A stretch of DNA of 63,371 nt, counting the filler, from Rhabdomonas costata (Eukaryota), in assembly GCA_019059605.1 (NCBI GenBank). It is 41 parts of 41 records of this genome, joined end to end, with 100 filler letters (N's around TTAATTAATTAA, not from the genome) between each part and the next. Parts side by side here need not be neighbours in the genome. Positions count along the whole stretch, not along the records: positions 58,830 to 60,275 come from JAHMHO010015700.1; positions 60,376 to 61,823 come from JAHMHO010015701.1; positions 61,924 to 63,371 come from JAHMHO010015702.1; 38 more parts are not named here. One strand, written 5' to 3'. Shown here piece after piece: positions 58,730 through 63,371 of this stretch. Position numbers and translations under genes: made by a program. The notes under the pieces were generated by a model, which was given only the letters and a program-made list of their open reading frames with translations, had not been told where the DNA came from and searched no databases. Within the stretch, counting starts at the first letter, position 1. The number at the start of each line of letters is the position of its first letter.

Positions 58730-60160
58730 NNNNNNNNNNNNNNNNNNNNNNNNNNNNNNNNNNNNNNNNNNNNTTAATTAATTAANNNNNNNNNNNNNNN
58801 NNNNNNNNNNNNNNNNNNNNNNNNNNNNNTTAAGAAAGCCTGGGATAGAATTCCCCAGAAAACCATTGACGTGATTTGCAGCGGTTTTGAATCAAGGCTC
58901 AAGAAGGTATTGCAGAGAGGTGGCCGTTGTTGATACGTTTGCGGCTTGTACTGCATGGTGCTGTGTATGTTTGTCCGCGTCACCTCAAAAAGGCATAACT
59001 GCAAAAGTGTGCACTAAATCAGGGGTTTTTGGACTTAGAAGTTAAATCGGGTCGTGGAAAAAGGAATTTTGAATACAGATGTGCTTTGTTGGTGTTTTGT
59101 GACCCTTGTGTGATCTCTTACTTTTCACATGAAGAGGGCCATATAATTTGGTTTAAGGAAGAACTCAACCCACACACATCTATTTAGAGAGCACAAAAAT
59201 ATAAAAGCCCATTTTCATGGGGCATTCCCCGTTGCTCACCTCCTCTCTGGCTCATTTGGACCCGGATGGGCCTTGGAAAAGACGAAGTCAAAGGCAACAG
59301 GAACTGTGACCACCAAAATGTGGCACAGCGCCAAAGAGCACGAACGCAATCAACAGCACCGGCAAGGATCAAAAGGAGCCGTTTTGGCATTGGAAATCTC
59401 GCCCCTGTCCCACCATACCTCGGTGAGCCGGGATCCTTGCCCCATCCATAACTAGGCACCTCGTGCCCGGCCGGCTTGTTGCGGTTATTGCTCCTTGCTC
59501 CTGCTTGCGTTTTGCTCCCATGGTGGGATCGAAGAGCGGAGTCCCTTGGTCTTGGTTTCCTTGTTTTTTTTTTTTGTGGAGGAGCAGCCATCCTGGCCGC
59601 CAAACACGGGACGAGGAACCAAGGCGGTGAGAGGGACTAGGATGATGTGCCCACCCCGGGGCGCGGTGACTCCACGGCAACGGCCCGTTTGAGATATTTG
59701 AATGACTCTGATGTTTTTTAATGATCCATGAATCATCTAAGTTGTGTGGCATGTTAAATGATTCAAGTTAATTGCAAAACCTACATTAACGCCGTTTATC
59801 AAAACGCTAACGTCTCCTGAATTACAATAAATGTTCACACTACAAATTGCTCTATTGATTCATCTCAGAAACACTTGATCGGTGCTACAAAAAATCGTGA
59901 TATACGTATCAAGAAATGTTTCACGGAAAGTATAAGTAACGTTCTGCAACGCACATATGCAAGCAAACTAAGGAAAGTCTCCAACGGCTATATAATTTCA
60001 AATTTATAAACCAAAGTAGGCATTAGTCGTGCGCAATTAGTTAACACTTGACGAAGTATCCATTTTGATATAAATTTTACTTAAAATGCGTTTGATTTCA
60101 TTTGGCTGAGATTTGCGTGAGCGGTAAATTAAGCAAAATATCGGCTATATACAGTATTTA

Positions 60161-60269
60161 GTGTACACATCAGTATCTTTGACAATTATGTATGCCAGTG
60201 TTAATGACACAACTTTAAAATATAAGTAAGATTGGAAAACATAATTGTCAAAGATACTGATGTGTACAC
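60161..60269. repeat. 31-bp perfect inverted repeat with a 47-bp spacer, at the contig end
   Basis: 60161-60191 (gtgtacacatcagtatctttgacaattatgt) is the reverse complement of 60239-60269. Confidence 0.93.
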
Positions 60270-60439
60270 AAAACANNNNNNNNNNNNNNNNNNNNNNNNN
60301 NNNNNNNNNNNNNNNNNNNTTAATTAATTAANNNNNNNNNNNNNNNNNNNNNNNNNNNNNNNNNNNNNNNNNNNNGTGTGGGGTCCACTTCCCTTGGGTG
60401 CTTCATGTCCATTGGGTTGGCTGGCCTCCTTCCTGCCAC

Positions 60440-60819
60440 CTTGCGTGCGCTGCCTCCACGTCGGTCTCCACTCCAGAAGCGCGGCCAACACGGGGCAGGT
60501 GGACGCCGCGCACCGCCGCCTCTTCCCGCAGTGCAGGATCGCTGAGTACGGCGCCGGAGAAGCCTCTCCGGATTCCGCAGAGGCATCTCCAGCGCTGGGC
60601 AGTACGACACTTCGGTCCCGGGCGCGCTTCGTGGAATGTGGCGGGGACAGGTACGCGTCTAGGGAGGTCTGCATGGGGTTGCATTTCTGAGGGGGCCGAG
60701 GAAGTCCGCTTGGAGGAGCGGGGGGCTGGGCATCACAGGCCTCCACGTCGATTTCAACAGTGGCACGGACCGCTTTTACGGCCAGGCTATGTCCATTGCA
60801 TTTCATGCTCACGTCCTCT
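60440..60819 (-). CDS. Exon of an unknown protein containing a PIP-box-like motif (QTSLDAYL)
   Basis: GC-rich open frame after a tttctcttcag acceptor. It encodes a Pro/Ser-rich, probably disordered region with a Qxx(L)xx(Y)(L) motif followed by basic residues. Confidence 0.5.
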
Positions 60820-63371
60820 CTGAAGAGAAAAGACTGATGAAAAGGGAACCGACCGTATGATTATTCCTGCAGCCTGCAAACCAGCAGGATGTCCAATCAT
60901 CCGAAAGTCAGGCAAGGTTGTGGAGTTTGTCAACCTCCTTGATTCTCAGAGTGTTCCGAAGCAGACGCAGCATGTATGCGGCTGCCCTTCGAAAACATGA
61001 AGCCAAGTCCAATTGACCGCCTCGTGTCAACATATGTCCTATCTTCCGAGGGAGAGTTTTCACAACTGAGAAGATCGAAGCATGGACATATCCCTCCGGA
61101 AAGATCCGGATACTCGGATGGAGATATTTCTCACCAGCTCTGAAAGAACAACCAAATCCATCCTACCAATCAGGTGCCGTCAGGTAAGATGCATTCAAGG
61201 CATTCCAAAATTGCTGAACTACCAACCCGTTCCAGAACAGCCCTACGAAAAAACACACCACAGGCGCACAAAAACTCGGGGCGCGTATACTTCTCATTCT
61301 CTCTCTCTCTCTCACCAATAGGGCAACCGCGCCTAATGGCCCACAGGTTCACCGTAACGGGTTTCACGCAGAGAGACACGGACAAGGGCGCGAATCTTTC
61401 CATCTTCGAGCCCGCCCCCGTCCCAACAAGGCTCACCTTTACTGGGAAGGGGGGGGGCTACGCGAGGAGACCACAGGTGACTCAGCGGGCTCGACCAAAG
61501 GAGAAGCCCGCAGCGCACGTCACCATGCCAGCGACGGCAGGAAGGACAAGGGAGACAGGGGTTGGGAACACAACAGTGATATGGCTCTTGGCCATGCAGC
61601 AGGATAGCCACCGGAAGCCGACGAAGACGAGGTCATTCCGGGGCAGGGCTTACCTGAGAGAACACAAACAAAAATGAAAACGCGATAGTACCGGCACGAA
61701 AGAATGGCCATGACTATATAGGGGGAGGCATTTATCAAAATCGCATGAGGTTGGGTCAGTCCGGGTCGGTCTATTCTTTTTCGTCAGTCGCCAGAGCTTG
61801 AGGGGAGAGAACCCCACACAAACNNNNNNNNNNNNNNNNNNNNNNNNNNNNNNNNNNNNNNNNNNNNTTAATTAATTAANNNNNNNNNNNNNNNNNNNNN
61901 NNNNNNNNNNNNNNNNNNNNNNNTTGTTTGGGTCTTTATTTCGTTGTACGTATGTAGGTCGGTGATGTCGGTGATTTGCAAGCTTGCGGCTTGCTTAGCA
62001 TCCGCTTATTTCCATTTTTTTTTCAAGTTCTTCAGTTCTGTCTATTCGGGCATATAAACGTAGTCTTTGGTTTTATTCTTTGAGCCTGATGATAGATTAC
62101 TTCATTGCATTTTAATTCTCATGATCGAAGCTTCGGGTATATTCTCATTTTTCGTGAAGAAAGATTTTTCGTTTGGTGTTGCTTATTGAAAGCCCCTAAG
62201 CAGGTGGCGCCACAGTGGCTTATCGGGTTACCTTGTTTATGGAAGCCTGTACCAAGCTTTTTGGAGGATGGTGGGACGGAACTGGGACTTTCATGTATGC
62301 CCACTGTGGGTGTGAGATCGTTGGTTTGCATCTAACCCGAAGCTAACAGTGCAACACCCCAAGCCCTGTTTGATGGCACGCGTGATGCCACGGAAGCTGG
62401 ACCACCCTGCTTGATTTGTTCAGCTCGTAGTCGTGCAAAAGGCAGAAGTCGCTTCAGTCGGCTCTCAAGGGCAAGTTGAACAGAACACAACACAGAAGCA
62501 ACACAGAAGAAATCCACTCCCCAGCTCCTGTCCTCCAAATGGAAGCGGAAACGTTTCGAATCCAGAGCAAACCAGAGCAGGAGCGCAGGGAATACCTGGT
62601 GCTGTTAGTCCTGAGACAGAAAGCCCGGGAACCCGCCTCACTCGCCTCCTTTCCTTTTGCCGGTGGGTCTAGTCCGCTGAACCCGGATCAGTGAGCTCGC
62701 AGTTCCAGTTCTTTGGGGTGTGACTCAAATGCGTAACAAAGTTGAAGCCTCATTTTGAATCATTTTTACGAGCAAGCAGTTGCATATGTGACATGTCATC
62801 GTGACCTCGAAGCTCACAATGGAAGCAGTGCTTTTCCTTTTTCAGTGGTGAGAAACTGTGCATTGCATGGGTTAATGGAGCTTGGGAGGTATCTGTGGCA
62901 GAGAACGCGAGTGAAGTGCAGTTGAAGTGGAACCGATGCGTGTGTCAAAAAGGTCTCATAGTTGGGCTAGGAATTCGCGGAATTCAGGGGACAGCCATGA
63001 CTGGAGAGGCTTGGAGACTAAAGGCGAATTTTTTTCTTCAACTTCTTTCTTTCTGGACACGCTTTTCTCTGTTTTTGCCGAAGAAATACCCTTATCCTTA
63101 GAGATGATGTTGTCCCTTCGCCTTTCCGAGGATACATTGGTTCACACCTTTCGTACCTGCGGCTGGTTTGCAAGCGGTTTCGACGCGTGGTTGATGAGAA
63201 TCTGGCCTCAGAGTGGAAAATTGTGCTCCGTCCCCCAAGCACCCAAATTGACCTCACGGACAGGGAAAATGCCGCTCGCGGCTCGGGGCTTGCTTGCTCT
63301 GCCACAGTGATTTCGGTGAGAAAGAAGAAGCTCTTGGAACACTTGCTTGGGGTCGGTGCGAAAACACCACC

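Noticed and set aside
61769-61783. GTCTATTCTTTTTCG resembles the 3' end of the Euglena spliced leader
   Set aside because: Only a 15-nt low-complexity match, without the SL 5' half or an evident SL-RNA structure; probably chance.

Overview
This window is not one locus. It is an artificial concatenation of 41 unrelated contigs of about 1,448 bp each, joined by 40 identical 100-nt linkers (N44-TTAATTAATTAA-N44, giving stops in all six frames). Adjacency between contigs means nothing, and ORFs ending in 'XXX..LIN' are artefacts. Most contigs start with a G/T-only tail and end with an A/C-only tail, and two carry remnants of the GenomePlex adaptor, so the DNA was probably whole-genome amplified. 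The content is nuclear DNA of an intron-rich, flagellated, mitochondriate protist with short GC-rich exons and GT-AG (probably some GC-AG) introns; Euglenozoa is a reasonable guess but is inference. Recognisable gene fragments: eIF3c, IFT dynein DYNC2H1, RNA Pol III RPC1, LYRM1 (nearly complete), LRRC45, acetyl-CoA synthetase, a sensor histidine kinase, a TBC Rab-GAP, a tandem CCCH zinc-finger protein, two class III cyclase-like genes, an F-box/ankyrin gene with a frameshift, and other LRR proteins. Several decayed retroelement relics are also present. The most unusual item is contig 47994-49441, whose first and last 127 bp are identical. It therefore assembles as a 1,321-bp circle or tandem unit, with mini-hairpins, a strand-skewed repeat block, a partial kinetoplast CSB-3-like motif and no recognisable gene. 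Contig 27864-29311 looks compositionally related and has a possible degenerate His-Me (HNH-like) endonuclease frame. Family assignments are made by eye from recalled motifs; no database search was run.
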